NCBI GenBank assembly: GCA_009885805.1
Contig: VFJZ01000007.1
Location: 92,407-156,406 of the forward strand
Reading direction: 5' to 3'
Source of the DNA: Actinomycetota bacterium
Lineage (GTDB): Bacteria; Actinomycetota; Thermoleophilia; Gaiellales; F1-60-MAGs149
DNA: 64,000 nt
The position numbers were made by a program, and so were the translations under genes. Positions 9,865-20,176 of this stretch are shown piece after piece. Under the pieces are notes generated by a model. The model had not been told where the DNA came from. It did no database searches and worked only from the letters and a program-made list of their open reading frames with translations. Within the stretch, counting starts at the first letter, position 1. Each line of letters opens with the position of its first letter.

Positions 9865-10659
9865 ATGTTCGAGATCGGAACGACACTCCGCCAGGTGCGC
9901 GAGCGGCGCTCGCTGGGACTCGACCGTGCGGAGGCCGAGACGATGGTGCGCGCGCGATACCTGCGCGCCCTCGAAGACGAGGACTTCGACGCTCTCCCCG
10001 GCCCGACGTTCGTCCGCGGCTTCCTCCGTTCGTACGCGGCCTACCTCGGCCTCGATGGGCAGCTGTTCGTCGACGAGTACAACTCCCGCTACTTCGATCC
10101 GATTGCCGACGACCTCGCGCCGCGCCGGCGCCCGACGGCGCGCGAGCGGCGCAACCGAAAACGGGGCTCGCACCTGATCCTGATCGCGATGGTCGCGATG
10201 GTCGCCGTCGCCGTGCTGGTCATCGCCGCGGCGTCCTATCCGCGTGGCGGCGCGAGCGGTCCGCCGCCGCTGCCAGCCGAGGCGGGCGCACCCGTGCCGA
10301 CGACGGCCGGCAACATGCAGCTGACCGCCACGACCGCGACGGAGCCGACCGCGACAGCGACGACGGCGCTGGCCGTGGGCCGTGTCCGACTCGTGGCCGG
10401 CGAGCGTCCGTGCTTCGTGACCGTGTACGAGGGGAAGGGACGCAGCGGCCGCGTGCTGTTCTCCGACCTGATCGCCGCCGACACCGATTTCGCCGAGGTA
10501 CGGCTGGACCGGGTGGAGGGTGGCTACACGCTCGAGGTGGGGAACGCCGGAGCTCTGGAGATCGAGATCGATGGCCGTACGTACTTCGCACCCGACGACA
10601 TGAACCTGTTCTGGTTCGACCCGCGGGCGCAGGCGCCCGTGTTCGAATCTCTGACGTGA
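9865..10659 (+). CDS. RodZ-like helix-turn-helix membrane protein (HTH plus TM plus DUF4115-like C-terminus)
   Basis: The N-terminus (IGTTLRQVRERRSLGLDRAEAETMVRARYLRALEDEDFDALPGPTFVRGFLRSYAAYLGLD) is typical of RodZ-type proteins. A central TM segment follows. The gene sits upstream of cinA-recA, as in Firmicutes (ymfM). Confidence 0.65.
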   Translation: MFEIGTTLRQVRERRSLGLDRAEAETMVRARYLRALEDEDFDALPGPTFVRGFLRSYAAYLGLDGQLFVDEYNSRYFDPIADDLAPRRRPTARERRNRKRGSHLILIAMVAMVAVAVLVIAAASYPRGGASGPPPLPAEAGAPVPTTAGNMQLTATTATEPTATATTALAVGRVRLVAGERPCFVTVYEGKGRSGRVLFSDLIAADTDFAEVRLDRVEGGYTLEVGNAGALEIEIDGRTYFAPDDMNLFWFDPRAQAPVFESLT

Positions 10660-11912
10660 CGGCGGCGCGAGCTGCGATCCTGGTGACGGGATCCGAGATC
10701 CTCCTCGGTCGGACCGTCGATACGAACTCCTCGTTCATCGCCCGTGAGCTCGATCGGCACGGCATCCGCGTGATCAGGACCGTGGCTGTCGACGACCACC
10801 CGACCTCGATCGGCGACGGGCTCCGCGACCTGCTCGCGAGCGGCGCCGATCTCGTCGTGACGTCGGGGGGGCTGGGGCCGACCCACGACGACGTCACGAT
10901 GGCCTGCGTCGCCGAGGCCGCGGGCCTGCCAGTGGCGCTGGACGAGCGGGTCCTGGCCCGTATCGAACAGAAGGTTGCGGCGTTCGCCGCATCGCGCGGC
11001 ACCGACCCCGCTGCCTACGACCGCGGGAACCGCAAGCAGGCGACCGTGCCGGTCGGCGCCGAGGTGCTGGGACCGGTCGGCACTGCGCCCGGGGCGATCG
11101 TGCCGGCCGGATCGCAGCGGATCGTCGTGCTGCCGGGGCCGCCGGCAGAACTCGCTCAGATGTGGCCGGAGGTCGTCGCCAGCCCGCTCCTGGCGTCGCT
11201 GCTCGGCGGTGCGCAACCGCGCCGCGTGCTGCGGCTGTACGGCGTGCCCGAGTCGGAGGTCGGCGACGTCTTCGCCGATCTCGGCGGCGACGCCGACGGC
11301 ACCGAGACGACGATCTGTGCGTCGCGGGCGGAGATCGAGATCGTGATTCGGCACCGGCCCGACGCAGCGGCAGCGGCAGCCCATCTCGCCGACGGATTCC
11401 GTGAGCGATTCGGCCGCTCGCTCTTCGCGGAGGGGCCAGAGCGGCTCGAGGAGATCGTCCTTCATGCGCTGCGTGGCCGGTCATGGACGCTGGCGGTCGC
11501 GGAGAGCTGCACTGCCGGTCTCGTCGCGGCCCGACTGGCGGAGGTGCCCGGTGCGTCGACCGTGCTCCTCGGTGGCGTGATCGCCTACGCCGACGACGTC
11601 AAACGTGACGTCCTTCGCGTCCCGGCCGCGACGCTGCGCGACCACGGCGCCGTCTCGGCGGAATCCGCGCGGGCGATGGCCGAGGGGGCACGGCGGCTGC
11701 TGGGGAGCGATGTCGCCGTCGCCGTCACCGGCATCGCCGGTCCGGGCGGTGGCAGCGATACGAAACCGGTCGGCCTCGTCCACGTCCACGTCGCCGGGCC
11801 GGGTGTCGAGCGCGCGCTCGAACGTCGCTGGCCGGGCACGCGCGCGGCCGTTCGGGACTGGTCCGCGACGTCGGCGCTGCACCTCGTTCGACTGCTCGTA
11901 CGCGACGCGTGA
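10656..11912 (+). CDS. cinA: Competence/damage-inducible protein CinA (MoCF-like domain plus PncC-type nicotinamide-nucleotide amidase domain)
   Basis: GTG 10656 overlaps the rodZ-like stop. The N-terminus reads AILVTGSEILLGRTVDTNSSFIA...VVTSGGLGPTHDD. The C-terminus reads ESCTAGL...GGVIAY...VAVTGIAGPGGG. Confidence 0.8.
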   Translation: MTAARAAILVTGSEILLGRTVDTNSSFIARELDRHGIRVIRTVAVDDHPTSIGDGLRDLLASGADLVVTSGGLGPTHDDVTMACVAEAAGLPVALDERVLARIEQKVAAFAASRGTDPAAYDRGNRKQATVPVGAEVLGPVGTAPGAIVPAGSQRIVVLPGPPAELAQMWPEVVASPLLASLLGGAQPRRVLRLYGVPESEVGDVFADLGGDADGTETTICASRAEIEIVIRHRPDAAAAAAHLADGFRERFGRSLFAEGPERLEEIVLHALRGRSWTLAVAESCTAGLVAARLAEVPGASTVLLGGVIAYADDVKRDVLRVPAATLRDHGAVSAESARAMAEGARRLLGSDVAVAVTGIAGPGGGSDTKPVGLVHVHVAGPGVERALERRWPGTRAAVRDWSATSALHLVRLLVRDA

Positions 11913-11941
11913 AGAGGCGACGGACCGCGCGTTCTCCGACA

Positions 11942-11955
11942 CGAACGTCTGTCCG
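11942..11955 (+). promoter_or_regulatory. Possible LexA/SOS (Cheo-type) box upstream of recA, with a TATACT -10-like hexamer at 11966..11971
   Basis: CGAACGTCTGTCCG matches GAAC-N4-GTTC at 7 of the 8 core positions. It lies ~90 nt upstream of the recA ATG. Confidence 0.25.
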
Positions 11956-12045
11956 GTGCCCAGCCTATACTGGCTCTCCGGCCGCACCGCGACCGGCCCT
12001 AGACCACGACCATTCCCCGCCGTGACCGTGGGGAGGAGGCCATAG

Positions 12046-13149
12046 ATGGATCAACGCGCGCAGGCACTCGAGGCCGCCGTCGCCCAGATCGAGCGGCAGT
12101 TCGGCAAGGGCTCGATCATGAAGCTCGGCGACGAGTCCCGCATCCCGGCTGCCTCGATCTCGACCGGCTGCCTGTCGCTCGACATCGCCCTCGGCATCGG
12201 CGGCGTCCCGCGCGGGCGTATCGTCGAGATCTTCGGCCCGGAGTCGTCAGGCAAGACCACGCTCGTATACCACATCATCGCGGAGGCGCAGCGCCAGGGC
12301 GGCGTGGCCGCCTTCATCGACGCCGAGCACGCGATGGATCCCGCCTACGCCAGCCGGATCGGCGTCAACATCGACGAGTTGCTCGTCTCGCAGCCCGATA
12401 ACGGCGAACAGGCGCTCGAGATCGCCGAGTTGCTGATCCGCTCCGGCGCGGTCGACGTCGTCGCGATCGACTCCGTCGCCGCCCTCGTCCCCAAGGCCGA
12501 GATCGAGGGCGAGATGGGCGACTCCTTCGTCGGGCTGCAGGCGCGCCTGATGAGCCAGGCGATGCGCAAGATCGCCGGCGGGCTGAACCGCACCGGCACG
12601 GTCGCGGTCTTCACGAACCAGTTGCGGGAGAAGATCGGCGTGATGTTCGGCTCGCCCGAGGTGACGCCGGGCGGCCGCGCGCTCAAGTTCTACTCCTCGG
12701 TGCGGCTGGACATCAGGCGCATCGAAACGCTCAAGGACGGCGGCGAGGCCTACGGCAATCGCGTTCGCGTCAAGGTCGTCAAGAACAAGATGGCGCCACC
12801 GTTCCGTCAGGCCGAGTTCGACATCATCTACGGCGACGGAATCTCCTGGGAGGGGTCGGTCCTCGACGTCGGTCTCGAGGCGAAGCTGATCCAGAAGTCG
12901 GGTTCCTACTTCTCGTTCAACGACACGCGGCTCGGGCAGGGCCGGGCGAATGCCGTGACCTTCCTGAAGGCGAACCCCGACATGCTCCAGGCGATGCTCT
13001 CCGGCCTGATCGCCGCCGACCCGGCGATCAGGCTCGCAGTCCAGCCGACAGAGCCCGCGCCGACAGCGAAGGCCGTCGTCGCCGAGCCGGTCGAGGCCGA
13101 CTCGGACGCCGAGCCTGCCGCGAACGGGCTGGTGCCGGCCGGCGCGTGA
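12046..13149 (+). CDS. recA: Recombinase RecA
   Basis: The RecA sequence is unmistakable ([23 protein letters not shown], Walker [27 protein letters not shown]-like loop). RBS GGGGAGGAGG lies upstream. Confidence 0.97.
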   Translation: MDQRAQALEAAVAQIERQFGKGSIMKLGDESRIPAASISTGCLSLDIALGIGGVPRGRIVEIFGPESSGKTTLVYHIIAEAQRQGGVAAFIDAEHAMDPAYASRIGVNIDELLVSQPDNGEQALEIAELLIRSGAVDVVAIDSVAALVPKAEIEGEMGDSFVGLQARLMSQAMRKIAGGLNRTGTVAVFTNQLREKIGVMFGSPEVTPGGRALKFYSSVRLDIRRIETLKDGGEAYGNRVRVKVVKNKMAPPFRQAEFDIIYGDGISWEGSVLDVGLEAKLIQKSGSYFSFNDTRLGQGRANAVTFLKANPDMLQAMLSGLIAADPAIRLAVQPTEPAPTAKAVVAEPVEADSDAEPAANGLVPAGA

Positions 13150-13550
13150 GCGTGAACTCGGAACGTGACGCTGCGCTGCGGCGAGCCGGCAGATTGCTGG
13201 CTCGCCGCGCGCACGGTCGCGCCGAGTTGGTGGCGAAGCTCTCGCGCCACGTACCGGCTGACGTCGCCGGCAGCGTGACCGCAGAACTCGAGCGGTCCGG
13301 CCTGCTCGACGACGAGCGTTTCGCGGCGGAACTGGCGGCGCAGCGCCTCGCGCAGGGTTGGGGGCCGCGGCGGATCGCGTTCGACCTCGACGTCGCTGGC
13401 GTCGCTCGCGAGATCGCCGAGGCGGCGATCGCAGGCCTGCACGACGACGCCGTCCGGGCTGGCCGGTGCGCTGCAACGCGTGGGCTCGACCCGGTTCGCG
13501 CGCAGCGACGTCTGCAGGCGCGGGGTTTCGACGTCCACGACGACGTCTGA
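13146..13550 (+). CDS. recX: Regulatory protein RecX
   Basis: The 134-aa helical-repeat protein overlaps the recA stop (GTGA). Its position and size are typical of recX. Confidence 0.75.
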   Translation: MSVNSERDAALRRAGRLLARRAHGRAELVAKLSRHVPADVAGSVTAELERSGLLDDERFAAELAAQRLAQGWGPRRIAFDLDVAGVAREIAEAAIAGLHDDAVRAGRCAATRGLDPVRAQRRLQARGFDVHDDV

Positions 13551-13698
13551 GGTTTGCAGCAGTTCTGTACGCGCGCTACCCTGGAGCCTGAACGTGGTGA
13601 TCGTCGTGCGGTCGTCGCGTACGGCGTCTTGTGTAGCTGATTTCCCACCGCGCGCCGTGGCGCGCGGATCACATACCCGCTTCGGGCGGGGAGAAGAG

Positions 13699-15249
13699 GT
13701 GGGTGTCGTGGACGTCCTCGTCGTTGCGATTGCCGTTGCGGCCGCGCTTGGGGTTGGCGCGTCGGTCGGATTCCTGCTGCACGCAAAGTTCGCCGGTGTC
13801 CGGGCAGAGGCTGATCGGGTGAAGGTCGAGGCGCTGCTCGAAGACGCGAGGCGCGACGCCGACGCGATGCGGCGGGAGGCCGAGATCGAGGCGAAGGAGT
13901 TGACGCTGCGGCTCCGCCAGGAGATCGAGGAGCAGCTCGAAGATCGGCGCGCGGAGCTCGCTCGGGTCGAGGAGCGCGCGACGACGCGCGATCAGCAGAT
14001 CGAGGTGAAGGACGCGGATCTGACGCGCCGCGAACAGGGGATCGCCGACCGCGAGGCCCACGCGCGCACCCTGCAGGACGAGCTGAAGCATGCCCGTGAG
14101 GAGGCGGTGCGCGAACTCGAGCGCGTCGCCGGGATGACGCAGGCGCAGGCGAGCGAACAGATCCTCCACCAGACGGAGGAAGAGGTTCGCCACGACATGG
14201 CACGTCTCGTGCGACGCGTCGAGGACGAGGCGAAGCAGGAGTCCGACCGTCGCGTGCGCAACGTCGTCTCGACGGCGATCGGACGCCTCGCGGCGAGCCA
14301 TGCGGCGGCGACGACCGTCTCGATGGTCGAGCTGCCCGGAGACGACATGAAGGGCCGTATCATCGGCCGCGAGGGTCGTAACATCCGCGCGCTCGAGATG
14401 ATCACCGGCTGTGATGTGATCATCGACGACACGCCCGGCATGGTGGCGCTGTCCGGCTTCGACGGGGTGCGTCGCGAGATCGCGCGCCTGACGGTCGAGA
14501 AGCTGATCGCTGACGGCCGCATCCACCCGGCCCGCATCGAGGAGCTGTACTACCAGGCGAAGGCCGAGATCGAGGAGAAGATCGTCCAGGCCGGCGAGCA
14601 GGCCTCGTTCGAGGCGAACGTCCCCGGGCTCCACCCCGAACTGCTGAAGGTGCTCGGGCGGCTGAACTACCGCACCTCGTATGGACAGAACGTCCTGCGG
14701 CACTCGCTCGAGTGCGCGCATCTCGCATCGATGATGGCTGCCGAGATCGGCGCCAACCAGAAGGTGGCGCGGCGCGCGGCACTGCTGCACGACATCGGCA
14801 AGGCCGTCACCCATGAGGTCGAGGGCTCACACGCCATCATCTCCGGACAGCTGAGCAAGAAGCACGGCGAGTCGGCCGAGGTCGTGCACGCCGTCGAGGC
14901 GCACCACAACGACGTCGAGCCGCAGACGGTCGAGGCCGTGCTCGTCCAGGCCGCCGACGCGATCTCGGCCGCGCGTCCCGGTGCGCGTGGCGAGAGCGCC
15001 GAGAAGTACGTCAAGCGCCTCGAGTCGCTCGAGGCGATCGCGATGGCGAAGAAGGGCGTCGAGAAGTGCTTCGCGATGCAGGCTGGGCGCGACCTGCGGG
15101 TTCTCGTCAAGCCGGAGGAGATCGACGACGACGCCGCGACCCTGCTCGTCCGCGAGATCGCGAAGGAGATCGAGGAGAGCCTCGAGTATCCCGGCCAGAT
15201 CAAGGTGACAGTGATCCGCGAGTCGCGCGCGACCGAGATCGCGAAGTAG
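13699..15249 (+). CDS. rny: Ribonuclease Y
   Basis: It has an N-terminal TM helix, a charged coiled coil, a KH domain (GRIIGREGRNIRALE) and an HD domain (LLHDIGKA...EAHH). The start is GTG 13699, after GGGGAGAAGAGG; GTG 13708 is an alternative. Confidence 0.9.
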   Translation: MGVVDVLVVAIAVAAALGVGASVGFLLHAKFAGVRAEADRVKVEALLEDARRDADAMRREAEIEAKELTLRLRQEIEEQLEDRRAELARVEERATTRDQQIEVKDADLTRREQGIADREAHARTLQDELKHAREEAVRELERVAGMTQAQASEQILHQTEEEVRHDMARLVRRVEDEAKQESDRRVRNVVSTAIGRLAASHAAATTVSMVELPGDDMKGRIIGREGRNIRALEMITGCDVIIDDTPGMVALSGFDGVRREIARLTVEKLIADGRIHPARIEELYYQAKAEIEEKIVQAGEQASFEANVPGLHPELLKVLGRLNYRTSYGQNVLRHSLECAHLASMMAAEIGANQKVARRAALLHDIGKAVTHEVEGSHAIISGQLSKKHGESAEVVHAVEAHHNDVEPQTVEAVLVQAADAISAARPGARGESAEKYVKRLESLEAIAMAKKGVEKCFAMQAGRDLRVLVKPEEIDDDAATLLVREIAKEIEESLEYPGQIKVTVIRESRATEIAK

Positions 15250-15270
15250 CGCGAGGCGTATCCTTCTGCC

Positions 15271-16590
15271 GTGCGCCGCTACCACCTGACGACGTTCGGC
15301 TGCCAGATGAACGCCCACGACTCGGAGCGGATCAAGGGCCTCCTGGAGTCGGCTGGCCTCGGCGAGGCGCAATCCGCGAACGAGGCGGACGTGATCGTCT
15401 TCAACACGTGCACCATTCGCGAGCGGGCGGACGGCCGCTTTCTGCAGCACCTCAGCAACGCTCGGGCGCTGAAGCGGCGCGACCCTGATCGTCGGATCAT
15501 CGTCGGCGGCTGCTGGTCGGAGTCGATGAAGGATGCCCTGTTCGAGGAGCACCCCGAGGTCGACTTCGCCTTCGGGCCCGGGTCGATCGCACGGCTCGGC
15601 GACTACATCGGCGCGGGTGGCTCACTGCCCCGCGGGCACTTCTCGACGTTCGACGAGTTCGCCGGCGACCTGCCGATGCGCCGCGAGCGCCCGCATCAGG
15701 CGTGGCTGCAGATCTCGATGGGCTGCAACTCGGTCTGCTCGTACTGCATCGTGCCGAGCGTACGTGGGCGTGAACGGTCGCGACCGTGGCGCGACCTCGT
15801 GGACGAGGCGGAGCGGCTCGTCGCGGACGGCGTCCGCGAGATCACCCTGCTCGGCCAGAACGTCAACTCGTACGGCCGCGACCTGCCCGTCGACGACCGC
15901 ATCGGCTTCGCCGACCTGATCCGGCGGCTCGACGGCATCGACGGCCTCGACCGCCTCCGCTACACCTCGCCGCACCCGAAGGACTTCACCGCCGACGTGA
16001 TCGCCGCCCTGGCGAGTTGCGCCAGCGCTTGCGAGCACATGCACCTGCCGCTCCAGTCGGGCTCGTCGAGGGTGCTGAAGCGGATGCGCCGCACGTACGA
16101 TCGTGACCGGTTCGTGGCGCTCGTGGGGCGCATTCGGGCCGCGATCCCCGACATCGCCCTGACAACCGATATCATCGTCGGCTTCCCCGGTGAGAGCGAG
16201 CAGGACTTCGCCGACACCCTGGCGGTCTACGACGAGGTCGGGTTCGACCACGCGTTCACCTTCGTCTACTCGCCACGGCGCGGAACGGAGGCGGCGGCGA
16301 TGGACGACCAGGTCGCCGACGTCGTCAAGCGCGAACGCGTCGAGCGGCTCGTGGATCTCGTCCAACTGCACGCCCACCGCCGCAACGCCGCCCTCGTCGG
16401 GACCGTGCAGGAGGTGCTCGTGGAGGGCGTCAGCCGTACCGATAGCGACGTCGGACGCGGTCGGTCCCGCGGGAACAAGACGGTGCTGTTTTCGCCGCCG
16501 GCGCCCGAGGGCGCGCTCGTCGACGTTCGCGTCGAGGCTGCCACGTCGCAGACCCTGCGCGGCGTCGCTCTCGTCGCCGCGCGACAGTGA
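15271..16590 (+). CDS. miaB: tRNA-2-methylthio-N6-dimethylallyladenosine synthase MiaB
   Basis: The UPF0004 N-terminus reads TFGCQMN...NTCTIRE. The radical-SAM motif is CNSVCSYCIVP. A TRAM-like C-terminus follows. Confidence 0.9.
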   Translation: MRRYHLTTFGCQMNAHDSERIKGLLESAGLGEAQSANEADVIVFNTCTIRERADGRFLQHLSNARALKRRDPDRRIIVGGCWSESMKDALFEEHPEVDFAFGPGSIARLGDYIGAGGSLPRGHFSTFDEFAGDLPMRRERPHQAWLQISMGCNSVCSYCIVPSVRGRERSRPWRDLVDEAERLVADGVREITLLGQNVNSYGRDLPVDDRIGFADLIRRLDGIDGLDRLRYTSPHPKDFTADVIAALASCASACEHMHLPLQSGSSRVLKRMRRTYDRDRFVALVGRIRAAIPDIALTTDIIVGFPGESEQDFADTLAVYDEVGFDHAFTFVYSPRRGTEAAAMDDQVADVVKRERVERLVDLVQLHAHRRNAALVGTVQEVLVEGVSRTDSDVGRGRSRGNKTVLFSPPAPEGALVDVRVEAATSQTLRGVALVAARQ

Positions 16591-17444
16591 CCGACGTCAT
16601 CGCGATCACGGGCGCAACGGCCGCCGGCAAGAGCGCGGCCGCGCTGACGCTGGCCGATCGCTGCGACGGCGAGATCGTCAACGCCGACGCAATGCAGATC
16701 TACGCCGGCCTGCCGATCCTCACCAATCAGCCGTCGGCGGCAGATCGAGCGCGCGTCCCGCATCACGTGCTCGGGGCGTGGCCGCTGACGGCCGAGGGCG
16801 ACGTCGCCCGCTACGCCGCCCTCGCGCACGCCGCGATCGACGGTGTGATCGCGCGGGGAAAGGTCGCGGTCGTCGTCGGCGGGACCGGCCTGTATCTGCG
16901 CGCCGCGCTCGCCGATCTGCAGTTGCCGCCGCAGCCGGCGCCGGAGCAGCGGGCGCGCCTGGTCGCGGCGTACGACGCCGACCCGGCCGCGACGTACGAA
17001 CGGCTGCAGGCGGTCGACGTCGAGGCCGCGAACCGCATTCATCGGAATGATCGTCGGCGAGTCGTGCGAGCGCTCGAACTGCACGAACTCGGGTCGTCGC
17101 TCGCCCCGGCGGGGGCCGACGCCCTCTGGAACGGCTCCTACCGTCGATCGACGCGCGTGCACGCCGTCCTGGTCGCCCGCGACGAACTCCATCGCCGGAT
17201 CGCTGCCCGCGCCGAGGCGATGTTCGCGGCCGGTGTCGTCGAGGAGGTGCGGGCGGCGCTCGCCGCTGGTGCACCTTCGACGACCGCCGCACGCGCGCTT
17301 GGTCTCGACGAGGTACGCGGCGTGATCGAGGGCCGACTGACCGAGGCCGCGGCCTGCCAGCGGCTGATCGAGCGCACCCGCCAGTACGCGCGCCGGCAGG
17401 AGATCTGGATCCGGCGCCTCCCGGACGTCGAGCCCTTGCCATGA
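16587..17444 (+). CDS. miaA: tRNA dimethylallyltransferase MiaA
   Basis: It has P-loop GATAAGKSA and the motif VNADAMQIYAGLPILTNQP. Its start overlaps the miaB stop. Confidence 0.9.
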   Translation: MTDVIAITGATAAGKSAAALTLADRCDGEIVNADAMQIYAGLPILTNQPSAADRARVPHHVLGAWPLTAEGDVARYAALAHAAIDGVIARGKVAVVVGGTGLYLRAALADLQLPPQPAPEQRARLVAAYDADPAATYERLQAVDVEAANRIHRNDRRRVVRALELHELGSSLAPAGADALWNGSYRRSTRVHAVLVARDELHRRIAARAEAMFAAGVVEEVRAALAAGAPSTTAARALGLDEVRGVIEGRLTEAAACQRLIERTRQYARRQEIWIRRLPDVEPLP

Positions 17445-18331
17445 TCCCCGCGGTGCGCGTCGACCGCCTCGGCATCGTGCTGGTCATCGGCGCCAGCGCC
17501 GCGTTCGGCGCGAACGCCATCTTCGCCAAGCTCGTCTACGAGCGGGGGGCGACCGTCGGCGAGTTCCTGTCAGTGCGGTTCTGCGTCGCCGCGCTCGCCT
17601 TCTGGGTCGTCCTGCGGCCGCGGGTCGCTCGGCGTCAGGTGGCGCCCGGCCTGCTGCTCGGGCTCGCCTACTGCGGTCAGGCCGGCTTCTACTTCACCGC
17701 CGTCTCGCTGCAGGATGCCTCCGTCACCTCGGTCTTTCAGTCCGTCACGCCGGCCGTTGTGGCGGTGACAGCGGTCGTGATGGGACGGGAGCGCCCTCGC
17801 TTCCGGATCTTCGCCGCGATCGCGGTGGCGGCGGCCGGAACGGCGCTGGTCGGCCTCGGCGGCGGCGCCGGGGTGGGCCACGTCGTTCCGCTCGGCGCGG
17901 CGCTCGCCGTCGCGTCGTCCGTCTGGTACGCGGGCTACCTGCTGGCAGGCGACCGCATCGTCGCGGGCATCGACCCGCTGATCCTCGGCTGCCTGATCGC
18001 GACCGGGGGCGGCATCGGCTTCGCCGTCGGCAGCGCGCTCCTCGGCCAGCTGCGCTTCGAGTTCGACGCCTCGGCGTGGGTGTTCATGGTCGCCTCCGCG
18101 CTTCTGTCGACCGTCTTCGCCGTCACCGCGGTGATGGCCGGGATGAAGCGCGTCGGGCCGTCGCTGGCGGGGCTTTTGCAGTCGTTCGAGACCGTCGCGA
18201 CGATCGCATACGCATACGTGATCTTCGGCGAGCGGCTGACACCGGTGCAGGTGGCCGGGGCGGCCATCGTCCTGGTGGCGGTGGTGGCGGTGCAGCTGCC
18301 GGGCCGGCGTCGGGCTACGGTATCGCCGTGA
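17441..18331 (+). CDS. EamA/DMT-family transporter
   Basis: The 296-aa protein has ~10 TM segments in a duplicated 5+5 pattern. Its ATG overlaps the miaA stop. Confidence 0.7.
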   Translation: MIPAVRVDRLGIVLVIGASAAFGANAIFAKLVYERGATVGEFLSVRFCVAALAFWVVLRPRVARRQVAPGLLLGLAYCGQAGFYFTAVSLQDASVTSVFQSVTPAVVAVTAVVMGRERPRFRIFAAIAVAAAGTALVGLGGGAGVGHVVPLGAALAVASSVWYAGYLLAGDRIVAGIDPLILGCLIATGGGIGFAVGSALLGQLRFEFDASAWVFMVASALLSTVFAVTAVMAGMKRVGPSLAGLLQSFETVATIAYAYVIFGERLTPVQVAGAAIVLVAVVAVQLPGRRRATVSP

Positions 18332-19137
18332 CGTCCGTTCGGGAGACGATCGAAGCGGCCTTCAGTGGTGCGCTGGCGGTGGCGGAGGCCCGATCCGCAG
18401 TCGCGGAGGCGATCGGGCTGCTCGATCGCGGCGAGGCGCGTCTGGCCCAGGCCGGCGACGACGGCTGGACCGTCAACGCCTGGCTGCAGCAGGCGATCCT
18501 GCTGCACTTCCGGCTGCAGCAGATGGAGGTGATCGAGCACGGTCCGTTCACCTACCACGACAAGATTCCGCTGAAGGGGATCGCGTCGCTCGCCGGCGTA
18601 CGGGTCGTCCCGCCCGCGACCGTCCGGCAGGGCGCCTTCGTCGAAGCCGGTGTGGTGCTGATGCCGAGCTACGTCAACATCGGCTCGTACGTCGGCGCCG
18701 GTACGATGATCGACACCTGGGCGACGGTCGGCTCCGGCGCGCAGGTCGGCCGTGACGTCCACGTCGCTGGCGGCGTCGGCATCGGCGGTGTCCTCGAGCC
18801 GCCCGGCGCGCGCCCGGTGATCATCGAGGACGGCGCGTTCCTCGGCTCGCGCTGCATCGTCACGGAGGGCGTGATCGTGGAACGCGAGGCGGTCGTCGCG
18901 CCCAACGTGTCGCTGTCGGCCTCCGTGCCGGTGATCGACGTCACGCAGTCGCCGCCCGTCGAGTATCGGGGCCGTGTCCCCGCCCGGGCGATCGTCGTCC
19001 CCGGCACGCGACCGAAGGAGTTCCCCGGCGGGACGTTCCAGCTCGCCTGCGCGCTGATCATCGGCCGCCGCAGCGAGTCGACCGACCGCAAGACGTCGCT
19101 CAACGCCGCCCTTCGAGACCATGGCATCGCCGTTTAG
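18328..19137 (+). CDS. dapD: 2,3,4,5-tetrahydropyridine-2,6-dicarboxylate N-succinyltransferase DapD
   Basis: GTG 18328 overlaps the EamA stop. It has the N-terminal helical domain and left-handed beta-helix hexapeptide repeats typical of DapD (VNIGSYVGAGTMIDTWATVGSGAQVGRDVHVAGGVGIGG). Confidence 0.8.
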   Translation: MTSVRETIEAAFSGALAVAEARSAVAEAIGLLDRGEARLAQAGDDGWTVNAWLQQAILLHFRLQQMEVIEHGPFTYHDKIPLKGIASLAGVRVVPPATVRQGAFVEAGVVLMPSYVNIGSYVGAGTMIDTWATVGSGAQVGRDVHVAGGVGIGGVLEPPGARPVIIEDGAFLGSRCIVTEGVIVEREAVVAPNVSLSASVPVIDVTQSPPVEYRGRVPARAIVVPGTRPKEFPGGTFQLACALIIGRRSESTDRKTSLNAALRDHGIAV

Positions 19138-20176
19138 CGGCTCGGTCGCGGCGATCTGCGAGGCGCTCGTCGCGACGCCGTCCGAGTACGGCGACGAGGA
19201 ACGGATCGCCGGGCTCGTCGAGGAGCGTCTGATCGAGCTTCGCGTGCCCCACGAGCGACTCGGCAACGCCCTCGTCGCGCGTAGCGGCGGGCCGGGGCCG
19301 GCGGTCGCCCTCGTCGGCCACCTCGACACCGTCCCGGCCTGGGACGGCGCGGCCCGTGTCCGCCGGGACGGCGATCGCATCGTCGGCCGCGGCGCCGCCG
19401 ACATGAAGGGGGGCGTCGCGGTGATGCTGGCCCTGCTCGAGCGATTCGTCGCGCAGCCGCGGCCGCTCGCCTTCCTGTTCTACGACCGTGAGGAGGGGCC
19501 GAACCACCTCAACGGCATCCACGCGGTGCTCCGCGATGCGACCCTGCTCGAGGACATCCGCTTCGCCGTCGTGCTCGAACCGACCGGAAACGACATCCAC
19601 GCCGGCGCCGTGGGCACGCTGAACGCCGACGTGGTCTACCGCGGCCGTCTCGCGCACAGTGCACGGCCGTGGGAGGGCTCGAATGCGATCTACGCCGGCG
19701 CCGCCGCGCTCGGACGGTTCGCCGGCCGCGCCGAGCAGCCAGTCGAGGTAGAGGGGCTTCGGTTCCACGACACCATCGCCGTCACGATGGCCCACGCCGG
19801 CGCCACACGGAACGTCGTCCCCGACGAGTTCCGACTCGCCGTCAACGTCCGTGTCGCGCCCGGACGGTCGCTGGACGGGGCTCGCGCGGAGGTCGAGACG
19901 CTCGCCGGCGCCGAGGCAGACGTGACCTGGCTCGACACCTCGCCGCCGGCACTGCCAGGCGTGACGCAGCCGGACGTCGCCGCCTTCGTCGCCGCGCTCG
20001 GGGTGCCAGTGCTCCCGAAGCAGGCCTGGACCGACGTCGCGACGCTGCAGGCAGCCGGCATCCCGGCCGTCAACCTCGGCCCGGGCGAGTCGTCGCAGGC
20101 ACACCAGCGGGACGAGTGGGTCTCGATCGCAGCGCTCACGCGCTGCGAGGAGCTCCTCGCGGGCTACCTCGCCTGA
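19121..20176 (+). CDS. dapE: Succinyl-diaminopimelate desuccinylase DapE (M20 peptidase)
   Basis: The M20 motifs GHLDTVP and GRGAADMKGG are present. It lies between dapD and dapF. Confidence 0.75.
   Translation: MASPFSGSVAAICEALVATPSEYGDEERIAGLVEERLIELRVPHERLGNALVARSGGPGPAVALVGHLDTVPAWDGAARVRRDGDRIVGRGAADMKGGVAVMLALLERFVAQPRPLAFLFYDREEGPNHLNGIHAVLRDATLLEDIRFAVVLEPTGNDIHAGAVGTLNADVVYRGRLAHSARPWEGSNAIYAGAAALGRFAGRAEQPVEVEGLRFHDTIAVTMAHAGATRNVVPDEFRLAVNVRVAPGRSLDGARAEVETLAGAEADVTWLDTSPPALPGVTQPDVAAFVAALGVPVLPKQAWTDVATLQAAGIPAVNLGPGESSQAHQRDEWVSIAALTRCEELLAGYLA

Noticed and set aside
9700-9870. tRNA-His considered as an integration site for a genomic island or prophage.
   Set aside because: No integrase, recombinase or transposase ORF and no direct repeat of the tRNA 3' end was seen in the flanking kilobases. 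The downstream genes are the conserved rodZ-cinA-recA block.
13648-13667. A GC hairpin (CCGCGCGCC-GT-GGCGCGCGG) between recX and rny, considered as a terminator.
   Set aside because: The stem is short (8-9 bp), has no U-tract and lies only ~30 nt before the rny RBS. This is too little evidence to call it a terminator or a regulatory element.
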